Assembly: GCA_964016885.1 (NCBI GenBank)
Contig: OZ024741.1
Location: 241,366,001 to 241,430,000 of the forward strand
DNA from: Eledone cirrhosa
Lineage: Eukaryota
DNA: 64,000 nucleotides
Reading direction: 5' to 3'
This document shows positions 12,790 through 25,688 of this stretch, piece by piece (position 1 is the first letter of the stretch; every line of letters starts with the position of its first letter). Below the pieces are notes generated by a model that saw only the letters and a program-made list of their open reading frames with translations, made no database searches and had not been told where the DNA came from. Position numbers and translations under genes: made by a program.

Positions 12790-15645
12790 TAATAATGAAA
12801 TTATTGTGTACAGTGCTCAGGTGCACTACAACTCATCAAAGGTGCATATATAGTACATAGAATAATGTACAAATGTCAGGGAAGTGAATAGTGTATGAGT
12901 CATAATATACATGTGTGCATGTGTATGGAGGGGGAGTATTAGGTGTAGTGTTGGCGAATCTCAGGAAGCATGGAGGTTTTAAAGGATGCACAGTCTTGGT
13001 AGCTAACAATTGATGCAGGTAGTTTGTTCCATGCTTCAGCAACTCTGAGTGTGAAAAAAATGTTTCCAAAAGTCATGGGATGTGCTGTATTCTGACTTTG
13101 TTGGCATGCCCACGTCTATTAGACACATGGAAATCAAAAAGGTACTCAGGGTTGTTGTTGGCAAGATGGTTAATAATTTTGTGGGTGTTTACCAAGTCAG
13201 TTGCCAGACATCGGAGCTTCAATGTATCCATGCCCAGGGAAGTAAGGCATTCAGAGTATGGTAGATGCCTGATGGAGGGTTCTCGCTTGGTTGCACATCT
13301 CTAAACAGTTTCCAGATGGTCAATATTCTGAGCAAGGGTTCCAGACTGGTGATGCAAATTCTAAGTGTGGCTGCACCATAGCTATTTACAGCTTTAAATA
13401 GATAGCTGGAGAGCGGCTGACAAAGGTCTTGTTGAGTGATGCTAAGACACCCTCGGCCTTCTTGACAATTTTAGAGATGTGCTTTGTCCAATGCAAATCG
13501 CTGCTGACAGTAATGCCCAGGTCACATTCACAAAAAGACTTCTTGATATTAGTGTTGTGGGGGGAGTATGTGGGCGCTGGGTTTTTACTCCCAAAATGCA
13601 TGGTGATACACTTGTCCACAGCCAGCTTGAGTTGCCAGTCCATGATTCATTGTTGCATTGTGTCCAGGTCAGATTGCAGGCAAGATCTATAGTGTTCAGG
13701 ATCTGTCCTCTTTATCTCAAGGTACAGCTTGATGTCATCTGCATATTTCAGCATTGTGGCATTCTTTAAGTTGGCATCTGTGTCATTAATATATGCCACA
13801 AACAAAAGGGGGGCCAAGAACAGATCCCTGTAGTACACCAGATGACATCTCATATGGTGGGGAATGCTGTCCGAGAACCATGACTACCTCTCTTCGACTG
13901 AGAATGAAGGACTTCAACCAGTTAAAAAGATCATCCTTCACACCCATTGCAGAGAGTTTTGCCATAAGTCTTTTGTGTAGCACAGAATTGAAAGCTCTAG
14001 TAAAGTCAGGGTAAACAACATCCACCCATGAGCTGCCATCAGTGATCCGGGTGACGTCTTCAGGAAACTCGATAAGTTGATCACAGCAGCTGGAGTTAGG
14101 GATAAATCCAAATTGCGAGGGCCGGATAAGACTGTGAGAGTTCCAGAAGTTCCAAAGCATTACTCTGACACAGGATTCCATCAGTTTGGCAATGCAGCTA
14201 GTAAGACTGACTGGACGATAGTTGACAGGTGATGTGCGGTCGCCCTTTTTGATCAGAGGAATGACACTGGCAGTTTTCCACTGTTCTGGAGTAGCACCAT
14301 TGTTCAGACTGAATTGGAAGAAGCGTGATAACTGGTGCAGAAGGAAGTACCCACCACATTTGAGAAGCAGGTACGTAACACCATCAAGACCAGGAGAGGC
14401 ATGGTTGCGTTTATTTTTTAGGTGACGTCGCAGCATTGCAGGTGTAAATTCCATGGTTGTAATAGAGTCCGGTGTCATAGGTGGTGGAGATGGTACACTC
14501 TGGTCTTCAATAGTGAAAATGCCTGCATAGCATTCAGCAATAAGTTCTGCGCATTCCTTGGGATCTTCAGTAACCTGGCTTGTGTGGGGATTGCAAAGAG
14601 GACCAACTGGAGAGTGTGGCCTCTGCTTTGAGTGAACATACTTCCAGAACACCTTACTGTCAGGGCTGGTTGCTATGTGCTGCTCAAATTCAAGGACTGC
14701 GTTTTTTGTCACCTGCTTGAGATGGTTGGATGATTTATTTTGCTTTTTCCTATTGATATCTGATTTATGCAGTTTGTACTCACGTTTAGCATTATGACGT
14801 TCTTTTCTGGCAAGACGGACTGCTGCAGTCTCCCAAATTGCACTTTTGGGATGTTTTTTCTGCTTACGTGGCACCGATGCTGCACATGCTGTCCATATTG
14901 AGTTCAGGGTGTTCTAGAGTACAGTGTTGACATCTCCAGAGTCGTAAAACATAAGCCAGTTTGGACGTTGCAGCTCGGTGCAGTAACAGTTCCAGTCTGC
15001 TTTATTCCAGTCAAAGTGAGCAGTTTGGAGATGGTTGTGGTTTTTGTTACTGCCCATGAGGGATAGATTGGCAATGATCAAAGCATGATCAGGAGTAGTG
15101 GTGAAGAGCAGATCCAAAGTGTTGTCACCACTTGTTGGAGAGGTGACTACTTGGGACCTGTTCGAGTCCAGCCCTAGCTCAAGGAAATCATTTGGACTTT
15201 GGGGCCAATGAAAGGTTTCCCAGTCAATCTCAGGGTGATTGAAGTGCCCTGTAATAAAAATATAATTACTATTTTCCTGGCAGCAGCTCTGAAGATATCA
15301 CAAATTTAAGTGTCCTGGTGGTAATTTGGGGGATGGTAAACGACTCCAAGTAGCAGTGTTGACATGGTCATACGTATATCGCAGAAAAATACCTCTTGCT
15401 GCGATTGGTTCAAATCAACACAAGGAATTGCTGAAAAATTTGACCAAACGTAGACCATTACACCACCACCACTACTACCATGATTAATGCGGTCTTTACG
15501 AAACAAGTTGTAGCCAGTTATGCTGAAAACCCCATCACAGAGTAAGGAATGTGCCTATGTTTCTGTGACTGTAATGAAGTCAGGTTTGATACTTTTGACG
15601 TAGGAGTCAAAAAGATGTATCTTATTGCATAGACTATGTGCATTC
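12790..15645 (-). mobile_element. CR1-clade LINE, decayed ORF2 (APE plus RT)
   Basis: APE motifs FRKDR..GGGVMVY, GVVYHPP and DLLFT; RT motifs NYRPVSLTS, QFGF, GVLQGSVLGP and KYADD; many frameshifts; short 3' UTR ending in attatt. Confidence 0.93.
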
Positions 15646-15684
15646 AAGGACAACAATGTGTACCTTAATATATAAATATTATAT

Positions 15685-17905
15685 CATCATCATCATCATC
15701 ATACGTCCACTTTTCCCTGCTTGCAAAGGTTGGATGGGTCCTATTAAGCACAGCATCTCTCCACTTATCACGGTCCTTCGTCATCTCCTCGGTGAGTTGC
15801 AGCGATCTGAGGTCTGCTCTCACCACCTCCACCCATGTTTTACGTGGTCTACCCCTTCTGCATCTTCCTTCTACTGGGATTTCTTGGCACTTCTTTACCC
15901 AGCGGTCATCCTCCATGCGCATCACATGCCCATACCATCTCAGCCTTCTCTCCTGCACACCACAACTTATCCCTCTTATACCCAGTTTCTTTATCAACTC
16001 GTCCATGCTTGGTTATTCACGCACATTGACATTGCACATCCAACGGAGCATACTTGCTTCATTTCTCTCCAGCCATCTCATATCCTCTGCAGTTGCTGCC
16101 CATGCCTCACTACCATGCAGCAGCGCGCATCTCACACAAGCATCATATAACCGTCCTTTTGTATGCAGGGAGAAACCCTACTTTGTCAACAAAGGAAGCA
16201 GCTCCCTAAACTTCTTCCAATCTGTCCTTATTCTAGATACTATGGCCTCGGAACACCATCCTCCCATGCTAATCTGATCTCCTAGGTACCGGAAGCTATC
16301 AACCACTTCTATAGAACCCACCTACATTGGAAAAATGTGTCTATCACTGCGATTAATACTGCCAACTTTCCCTGTACATCTACTGCATACATAGTTTTCC
16401 CTACCTGTTAGTTTGCCTGCTATCCCACTACATCTCTTGTGTACCCAAGATCTGCATTGCATACATTTTATGGAATTTATGCCAGTTTCTTTCTTACATA
16501 TCGAACATGGCCATTTCCCTGATGGAATTGGAGTATTGTCCTCTCTTCTACTTATCAACACTTTTGTCTTAGCTATGTTCACTTTTAGTCCTCTTGATTC
16601 CAACTGCTGTTTCCATAGCCAGAATTTATTCTCTAGCTCCTCTACTGATTCTGCTATAAGAGCCAGATCATCAACATAGAGAAGTTCCCATGGGCATCCA
16701 GTCTTAAACTCCTCTGTTATGGCTTGGAGGACTATAATGAACAAGAGCGGGTTGAGGACCGAACACTGATGTACACCTACTTGTATCTGGAATTCCTCAC
16801 TAAACTCCATACCTACTCTCACTTTACTGACAGCATCCCTGTACATAGCTTGCACTGCCCTCACAAGCCATTCCTTCACACCTAGTTTCCTTAGGGACCA
16901 CCAGATGACAGATCAGGGTACCCTATCAAAGGCCTTCTCTAGGTCAACAAAAGCCACTATACTTATATAGTGGCTTATTCTTCTCTAAGAACTTCTCTTG
17001 TAGTTGCCTCCCTAAGAAGAGAGCATCTTTTCCCAGGCACAAAACCAAACTGCATCTCATCTAAGTTGACCCTTTCTCTAATCAGTTGCGCTAATATTCT
17101 CTCTGCCACTTTCATAACCTAATCCATCAGCTTTATACCCCTATAATTGCTCCTCTCTAGAGCATCCCTTTACCTTTGTAGCAATTTATGAGAATACTGC
17201 TGCACCAGTATTTGGGTATGACACCACCATATATCACCTGAATGATGATACGTGCAGCGAGTTTAATGCCTACTTCACCTGATGCCTTCAGCATCTCAGC
17301 AACTATCCCCGACTGTCCAGCAGCCTTACCATTCTTCATTTCCTTAATCGCCTTTTGTACCCTATATTCATCAATCTCAATAGCTGGTCCCTCTGTTGGG
17401 TCTACTGGGGGTAATTTCTCTCTCACCCATTCATTCTCCACATTCGTCAGTCTCTCATAGTGACATTTCCAGGCCTCCTTTTTTTTATCATTCGTGACAC
17501 TAAGTACACCGGCATCATTCTGGACACATTTATCTCTAACAACCACCTGATTTGCACTGACACACTGCCTTGCAATGCCGAACACCGCACATCTCTGATC
17601 TTCCCATTGCAGAACATTGGCAAACCTCCTACTCTCGGCCTCCCTGCGTGCTAAGTACACCTGACGTCTAGCTTCTCTCTTAGCAGCTGTGTATCCTTCA
17701 CTACTCCCACCATTTTTCCAAGCCTTCCATGCCAGTCTTTTGTCTCTAATGGCCCTATCTACCATGCTGTTCCACCACAAGGTCACTCTCTGTCTGGTTG
17801 AAGCTCTGCCCAACCACAAGTTTCTTCAGTAGCCTGCAGTAAGTTGTCATATAAGAAAGTCCAGTTATCATCTATGTCATACAACTCTAAACCGTCTCCT
17901 TTTTC
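15685..17905 (-). mobile_element. RTE LINE of a second family, decayed
   Basis: ORFs 17157-17819, 16322-16879 (LLYVDD) and 15665-16006 (RLRWYGHV, GRPRKTW); (GAT)n tail. Confidence 0.93.
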
Positions 17906-17993
17906 ATATATATATATATAAATATTATATATATATATATATATATATTATATATTGGACATTAAATGAAGATGATGATGATGATGATATATA

Positions 17994-19300
17994 CAGGGTG
18001 CAGACGATATTTGTTTGCAAGATTACTGTCTAGGAAAAAATAACACAGTAGTTTTATTTTTTAAGATTTATTTATTAAACTTAGATCAGTTTGTCTTCAT
18101 GACTTGTTCTTTCGATCTCACTCAATAAACCTGCCATTGGCTTTGATGACAGCCTCAAGGCGTCCTCGGAACTGGCTACAGGCCTTCATCACTGTCCCCC
18201 AACTTAGGCCCCTAAAGGCACTTGTGATCCTGACCTTCAGATCGTCTTTCATATTGCAGCTAGATCTGTTGGTGTCTCATTCCACTGCGCCCCACACAAA
18301 GAAGTCGAGGGGGTTACAGTCAGGCGAGCTGGGAGGCCAGATGCCAGTTGAAGTGTGGTCGACGAAGTTCTCTGACAGCCAGGCTTGGGTCTTTCGGCTG
18401 GTATGGCAGAGCGCTGAGTCTTGCTGCCACACGTACGGCCTACCTGCAGCTACCTGGTCGATTCAAGGCTTTACTACCTCGCTCAGAACGTGGATGTAGC
18501 CATCGGTGTTCAGCTTGAAGCCCTCAGGGAAGAAGTGAGGTGGCATGACGTCACCTTCATTGCTGACAACACCTAAGACCAATGTTGTCGCTGGAAACTT
18601 TGTCTGCATGACTCTGGACATGTCTATGAATGAGACAGTGAGCCACCTGTTGTTCTGGAAGTTGATCTTCTGGTCTTGGCAGAAATTTTTCACGTCAGAG
18701 AAAAACCACAGCTTGTTTGGCTCCAGTGGGTATTTCAACTTGTTGATCAGCTTCTTTGCATGCTTCAGTCGCTTTTCTTGCATCGCCTATGACTGAAATT
18801 GTCCTCTCCTCATCTTGTATGAAACGTAGCGAATGTCTTCATGTACCACCAGCCTAATGAGCTTTTCATCCACGCCTTTCTCCCTTGCAATGGCACACAT
18901 CGACTTGCTAGGTTCATTGTTGATGATATCCTGAACTTCAGCGATGAACTCGGGCATTCTGAAGGCGTCAGATCGTCGATCATGTGTTTTCCTCTCTGAT
19001 GTTGCTTTGTAGTCGAATCCTGAATCTTCCAATTCCTTTCTGACCTTTTCCACCATTCTCCTGCTGACGCTGAGAAAGTCTGAAATTTCCTTATTTGTCC
19101 TCCCAGCGCAGATTCCACGAAGAACTCCGTGTCTCTTCCACAAATTTGGAGGCTCAAATTTATTTATAATCAATTATTCTGAAAATAAATAATGGAAATA
19201 TAGTCACTGTTTTTATGAAGACAAGAGTGACAATGGAAGTAAAAACAATTTGCATAAAATTAGCAGTTCAAAATTGCGAACAAATATCGTCCACACCCTG
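17994..19300 (-). mobile_element. Tc1/mariner DD37D (maT-type) DNA transposon with a disrupted transposase
   Basis: TA-flanked TIRs CAGGGTG(ca/tg)GACGATATTTGTT(t/c)GCAA. WFFSD, then QQD and NPLD separated by 37 residues (read from 18303-18430). In-frame stops. Confidence 0.95.
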
Positions 19301-19316
19301 TATATATATATATATA

Positions 19317-19646
19317 TTCAAATTTCAATACGACCAAGAATTATTATCAATATTATTTATTTATACATCGCTACAGACGTTTCAATGTGGCTAGAGTATC
19401 CCATCTACATGTATTCTTAATAACTTGTCTTATGATATTAATCAATTTATTGTTATTTTTTATTATACATATTTCTGAAGAGATACAGTTTGAGTACAAC
19501 ACCTTTAATGGAGTGTATAACATATTGATAATATTCCGTGTTTTTTCTCCACAAGTGGATGGAATACTCTAGCTGCATTGAAATGGCCATAGCGAGGTAT
19601 AAATAAATAATAAGAATACTAATCATTGGTCATATTGAATTTAGAA
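19317..19646. repeat. Diverged ~90-bp inverted repeat of hammerhead-half-bearing elements
   Basis: Arms 19317-19408 and 19555-19646 are reverse-complement similar. The right arm reads GAAA-TGGCCA-TA-gcga. Confidence 0.65.
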
Positions 19647-19817
19647 TTGTAAATGCTCTGCTAGTGGAACTGCTCTTTATTCATCCAGTTTCCGTTTGCT
19701 TCTGCAAAGTGAAGGGCTAAAAAATGTGCATCAAGTTCACATTTTACCAATTTTTATCGCATTTTACCAATGAAGATAATAAACTATTACACAATAACCT
19801 TATATATTATATATATA

Positions 19818-20155
19818 TCATCATCATCATCAGCACCGTTTTACGTCAATGTTTCCACATTAACATGGGCTAGACAGGTTGTCCTATTGTGAGCAATGCC
19901 AGGTCAGGTGACCATGTCTTGCTCCTGCATGACTGATTTTGGCTCAGTTTCTACAGCTGGATTGGATGCATTTCCTAACACCAACCTCATTTACAGTGAG
20001 TATTGGGTGCTTTTTTACCATGAAACCTACACAACAACTCTACAGTGGATGGGTGGGAGGCATATTGTCTATATGGTTCAGCTTCAGCTTGTACCTGTGG
20101 GAACTCGGGTCTACTGCATTACTGAGTAACGCCAGAGGTCTTGGTCCTGTGTCAT
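19818..20155 (-). mobile_element. RTE LINE 3' fragment
   Basis: 3' UTR similar to 6189-6500, with a (GAT)n tail. Confidence 0.85.
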
Positions 20156-20163
20156 GTATATAT

Positions 20164-20235
<72 letters not shown>

Positions 20236-20279
20236 CTTCAAAATATTAATAAATATAGACATTCATGTGATCAAATATA

Positions 20280-20341
20280 TTTTATTATACATATTTCAGA
20301 GATACTGAGGTATTTCAATAGTATGTCCTCATCAGATAAAA
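20280..20341 (-). ncRNA. Type I hammerhead ribozyme motif
   Basis: UUUUAU-CUGAUGA-GGACAUACU..AGUAUCUCU-GAAA-UAUGUA-UA-AUAAAA. Confidence 0.7.
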
Positions 20342-20653
20342 TAAGTTGATGCCTGACAAACCTTGACTATGTTGATGGTTATAATTTAGTCATGGCAGAA
20401 AACCTTTCTGTAGAGTGCTTATAATCTATTGTGAAACTTTATTCATTGATGAATTCATTGAACCTTGTTAAACTTTTAATCAATTATATATATATATATA
20501 TATATGTGTATAAAATCTTAGAGAGGTTATAAGCTGAAACCATCTGTGCTTGCAGTCAGACCTCTACCCCATTAATATACTCACTCTGTATCCCATCCTG
20601 CATTGAGTACTACTGTGATTTGTGATCTTCCTGGTTTTTGCATCACAGACACT

Positions 20654-20698
<45 letters not shown>

Positions 20699-20699
<1 letters not shown>

Positions 20700-20910
20700 C
20701 AAACAAAAGTGTGGTAAGGAACCAGGTGGACCATAACGCACCAGAGTACTCAATACTTAGGGTAGTAGAGTGGGTAATAGGAAAGAGTCAGGACGTTGAT
20801 GGCTGAGCTCCTGCCGTTTCGACAGCTAGATTCTAGTAGATCTAGCTGAGTTCGGATCTAGCTGTCGAAACGGCAGGAGCTCAGCTGTCGGGGTCCTGAC
20901 TCTTTTCCTA
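20699..20910 (-). mobile_element. Short element, family B, with a fold-back palindrome
   Basis: Inserted in (TA)n. Arms 20777-20831 and 20856-20911. Contains GAAA-CGGC..GCTG-TC-ggggtcc (hammerhead 3' half). Confidence 0.8.
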
Positions 20911-21139
20911 TATATATATACATATTATATATATATATACATATTATATATATATATACATATTATATATAATAGGATATGTGTTCCTACATGCACAAAG
21001 CGCTAAGGGACACATGTATTGTCCAACCATATGCCAATGTGGTTCAATGGCAGGTTAATAAATTAACGAGCCAGAAGTTATGGATAGCGCTAGTTCGTAA
21101 TTTAAATTCAAGAATTTTATATTCTTCGAATGAAAAGAA

Positions 21140-21221
21140 CCTTCTGACGAGAATCTTTCTTTGCAACGAAGGCCGTATGGTCTCCGTTTATTTTTGAGAT
21201 TCAAAACCGATTTGGTAAAGG
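21140..21221 (+). ncRNA. Type I hammerhead motif with a G12-to-A change
   Basis: CCUU-CUGACGA-GAAUCU..AGAUUC-AAAA-CC gauuu GG-UA-AAGG, followed by agtaagtaaagtcaatttt as downstream of the 6996 copy. Confidence 0.65.
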
Positions 21222-21432
21222 TAACTATAGTAAGTAAAGTCAATTTTTTAAAATTTATTTTGAAACTTTTTCATTATTTGCTAAACCTGATTATACATAT
21301 TATATATATACATATTATATATATACATATTATATATATACATTTATATATATACATATTATATATATATATATACATATTATATACATATTATTTATAT
21401 ATATATATACATATTATATATATATATATATA

Positions 21433-21638
21433 TAGGAACGAGTAGGACCCCGACGGTTAAGCTCAAGCCGTTTCGACGGCTAATTCTGGACTAAAATTTT
21501 AGTCCAGAATTAGCCTTCGAAACGGCTTGAGCTCAGCCATCGGGGTCCTACTCGTTCCTATTACCCACTCTACTACCCTAAGTATTGAGTACTTTGGTGC
21601 GTTATGGTCCACCTGGTTCCATACCACATTTCCTTCGT

Positions 21639-21639
<1 letters not shown>
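21433..21639 (+). mobile_element. Short element, family B, with a ~65-bp fold-back palindrome
   Basis: Centre ctaaaa|ttttag at 21496/21497. Tail ttacccactctactaccctaagtattgagtac is shared with the 20699 copy. Flanked by (TA)n. Confidence 0.82.
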
Positions 21640-21695
<56 letters not shown>

Positions 21696-21950
21696 TTAGC
21701 GCTAAAAATAGAAAGACTTTACAGACAAAAAACCAGCCTCACAACTATACTCCTTTTACATCCAAAGCTATTCACAACAGCAATAACAACAACAATTACC
21801 ACCACTACCACCACAACAACAACAGCAATAATAACAATCACCACCAGGTCATAAACCATCATTAACAAGGCCTCCTAAACCTTTGCCAATCTTACACATT
21901 GCAAAACAGATGAGTAAATTAAAGGGAGAGAGAGAGATGGATATATATAT

Positions 21951-21959
<9 letters not shown>

Positions 21960-22012
<53 letters not shown>

Positions 22013-22945
22013 ATAAATAAATATATTAGTAGATAGACAGATAGATAGAGATAGATTAATAGACAGCAGATAGATAACTTTCTTTTTATTTGCCACCAGG
22101 GCATCAAAGAGTGGGTCATGTACAATGGAGGGGGGGGGGGGGGAGTTTACATAAAAAGGCGTCCTCACTAAGGAGGAGGCAATAACAAAATATAAAAATA
22201 TAAAATATAAAATATAACAAAATAAATTGAATCAGATAGATAGATAGATTAATATATATACAGACAGATAGATAATTTTCTTTTTATTTGCCACCAGGGC
22301 ATCAAAAAGTGGGACAAGTACAATGGGGGGGGGGGGGGGGTTACATGAAAAGGCGTCCTCAATAAGGAGGAGGCAATAACAATGTATAAAAATAAAATAA
22401 AATATAACAAAATAAATAGAAAGATAGATAGATAGGTTAATAGATATACAGACAGATAAATAGAAAGATAGATAGATAAATAAATAGATTAATAGGCAGA
22501 CAGATAGATAGATAGGTTAATAGATATACAGACAGATAAATAGAAAGATAGATAGATAAATAGATAGATTAATAGGCAGACAGGTAGATAGATAGATTAA
22601 TAGATATACAGACAGGTAGATAGAAAGATAGATAAATAAATAGATAGATTAATAGGCAGACAGATAGATAGATAGGTTAATAGATATACAGACAGGTAGA
22701 TAGAAAGATAGATAAATAAATAGATAGATTAATAGGCAGACAGATAGATAGATAGATTAATAGATATACAGACAGATAAATAGAAAGATAGATAGATAAA
22801 TAGATAGATTAATAGGCAGACAGGTAGATAGATAGATTAATAGATATACAGACAGGTAGATAGAAAGATAGATAAATAGATAGATAGATTAATAGGCAGA
22901 CAGATAGATAGTAACATAGATAGATAAATAGATAGATTGATAGAT
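21960..22945. repeat. (GATA)n-based composite repeat containing a ~160-bp duplication
   Basis: 22067-22227 and 22265-22417 are direct copies resembling a LINE 3' end (minus strand ccctggtggcaaataaaaagaa). ~60-bp GATA-rich units follow. Confidence 0.8.
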
Positions 22946-23243
22946 AGTGTAAAGCACGGAAAATGTATAGACAATTTTGTCAAGTAGTCAGTCTTTATTA
23001 TAACCATACACAACTTCCTCAATCAAATCCTACCATTCCAAACCCCTTCCCGCCTCTCTCACACAGAGCCAATATTTTGGCAACGTTCTACCATTCTTTA
23101 AAGAGATACATTATTAGCAAGACTTTCTCATATTTCTTCACAATATCCTTCCGTACACTCCTCCTATCATCAAACTTTTTCTTGTGCTTCTTTTACCATT
23201 ATTTCCTTACAGATATAATGTGTAATTTGTATGTATGTATGTG

Positions 23244-23363
<120 letters not shown>

Positions 23364-23677
23364 CATATATATACATATATATACATACATATATATATAT
23401 ATACAGACATATATATATGCATATATATATATATTTACATATATATATATACATATATGCATATATAAATATATATATATGTATATATATGTATGTGTGT
23501 GCATGTGTATATATATATGTGTGTATATATGTATATATGTATATGTATGTATATGTATGTATATATATGTGTATATATATGTGTGTGTATATATATGTGT
23601 GTGTATATATATGTGTATATATATATATGTGTATATGTATATATATATGTGTGTGTGTATATATATATATATATAAG

Positions 23678-23710
<33 letters not shown>

Positions 23711-24520
23711 GTATATATATGTGTGTGTGTGTATATATATGTATATGTATATATATGTGTGTGTGTGTGTATATGTGTATATATGCAATCAAGGAAAAGC
23801 GAACGTAAAATGATGATGATGATGATGGTGTATGTGTGTGCATATACATGTGTATATCTATATATATACACATATATATATGTATGTATATATATACATA
23901 TATATATATATGTATATAAGTAATATGTAGTTATGAGTGAATTGCAATATTCTACAATACTCTACATAATTCACCATTATACAATGATGCACCACTATAT
24001 ACTGTTATACACAACTATACACCAATGAAAACTACTATATGTTAGTCTAACCCATTATATACCTCCATATACAGAACTCCCAGTTCTCTTCTTTGATAAA
24101 GAGCTAGTAGCCCAAAATATTGGGACATATTCCCCTTCTAAGTGTAAATACATATGAACTGCCACAAGTCTGCTTGTCAAATGTAGAATTATGTATAATA
24201 AACATATCTGCTGCTTGTACAATATGATGAAATCATCTCTTATGCATTAATTCTATATCCATGCATTGCTTACAATTGTAATCACATGCAATATAGATAT
24301 AGCTGTCAGCTGAGTCTATTGTGAAGACTGAACTACCAACCCTTCCATTAACAAAGAAAAGTAGTCTTCCCCTGTCTGATGGCTATGTTGGCGTTAAAAG
24401 GTTTGAAGACAGTTTTTCCTTCTCTTGGGACAAACTCTCATCAGCTTTCACAAATACCACTTAACCCTTTGGATACCAAACCACCTGACACTGCCCTGGT
24501 TCTACAACAAAGAGTTTTTA

Positions 24521-24718
24521 AGAGGATCTGCTGAAAAGTTCATAGGATGACCAGGATACTCTCATGGAATGACCAAATAAGGTTTATTTTTCAACATAGT
24601 CCCTGGAAAGAAACAAGGCAGTTATTAATATGAAGAGTTGAAATTAATGCATGCAAGATTTCACAGCTCTAGCATCACTCCTTCATATTCAGCCCATGAA
24701 CTTTTCAGCCAACCCTCG
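24521..24718. mobile_element. mariner-type MITE
   Basis: TA-flanked imperfect TIRs agaggatctgctgaaaagttcataggatga and tcagcccatgaacttttcagccaaccctcg. Confidence 0.65.
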
Positions 24719-24794
24719 TATTTATCTAGAAACTGTTCTTTATAATTTTAGGTCAGAATCCTTATTAAACTCTGCTCTGAATGTGAAATAAATA

Positions 24795-24917
24795 ATATCT
24801 AATTTAGGCATATATCCAGCAGTTTTTGGGAAGGGAAAGTTGATTAAATCGACCTCTGTGCATGACTGGTACTTTATTTTATTGGCCAGATAAGGATGAA
24901 AGGCAAAGTTAACCTCA
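24795..24917 (-). mobile_element. SINE 3' fragment (Meta-like)
   Basis: gactggtactttatttt..gataaggatgaaaggcaaagttaacctc; interrupts the R4-like fragment. Confidence 0.7.
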
Positions 24918-24918
24918 A

Positions 24919-25612
24919 GTGCACCTATGACAATCGGGACCACTTTGACTTCATGGCAGTTCCAAATCCTTTTTAACTCCCACTTTAAATCCTGGTATCG
25001 GTTAATTTTCTCACTCTCCTTCTCTTGCACTCTCGTGTCAAATGGGCAGGCCACATCTACAATCAGGCACAATCTTTTTTCCTTGTCAGGTCAGGCCTAT
25101 TGTGTTCCAGTTTCTTATCCGTCTGTATCCTAAAATCCCACAGCACCTTCACCTGATCGTTTTCTATCACTGACTCTGGCTTATGCTCATACCACTTCTC
25201 AAAATGTGGTAAATTGTTTACTTTGCATAGGTAGAGTGGATCACCCTGCCTATCACATCATGTCTCCAGCCTTTATAGTGAGTCTGGGCTAGGTGTTTAC
25301 ACTCAGATTCAATGTGAGCCACAGTCTCCTCTCTCTCGCCACAGATCCTACACAGTGAGCAAGCCTCCTCCTTGTCAATATGGTGTTTCCCCCACTTCAT
25401 TCTGAGGGCTTGCCCTTGCACAGCCATTAGCATTCCTTCTGTAGCTTTTTTAAGGTCTCTCCTTTTTAACCAGTTCCATGTCTGTGGATCTCTAAATTCC
25501 GTTTTCTTAAAGAAGGTGCTATGAAGGGATTTTTCATGAAGGCTGCTCTTCCTCCTTGTTGTTATTTCCTCCTTGGACATCCCCTGGTCTATTGTCTTCT
25601 CCTTCAGTACAT
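24919..25612 (-). mobile_element. R4/Dong-like non-LTR fragment (zinc knuckle plus RLE)
   Basis: CRICGEREETVAHIESEC, RHD, IVDVACPFD..K..YQDL. The 5' end abuts (TAA)n at 25612-25685. Confidence 0.88.
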
Positions 25613-25624
25613 TATTATTATTAA

Positions 25625-25684
<60 letters not shown>

Positions 25685-25688
25685 CATT

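Noticed and set aside
24461-24510. TTAA-CCCTTT piggyBac-like end (also about 35930-35962)
   Set aside because: A matching opposite terminus was not identified.
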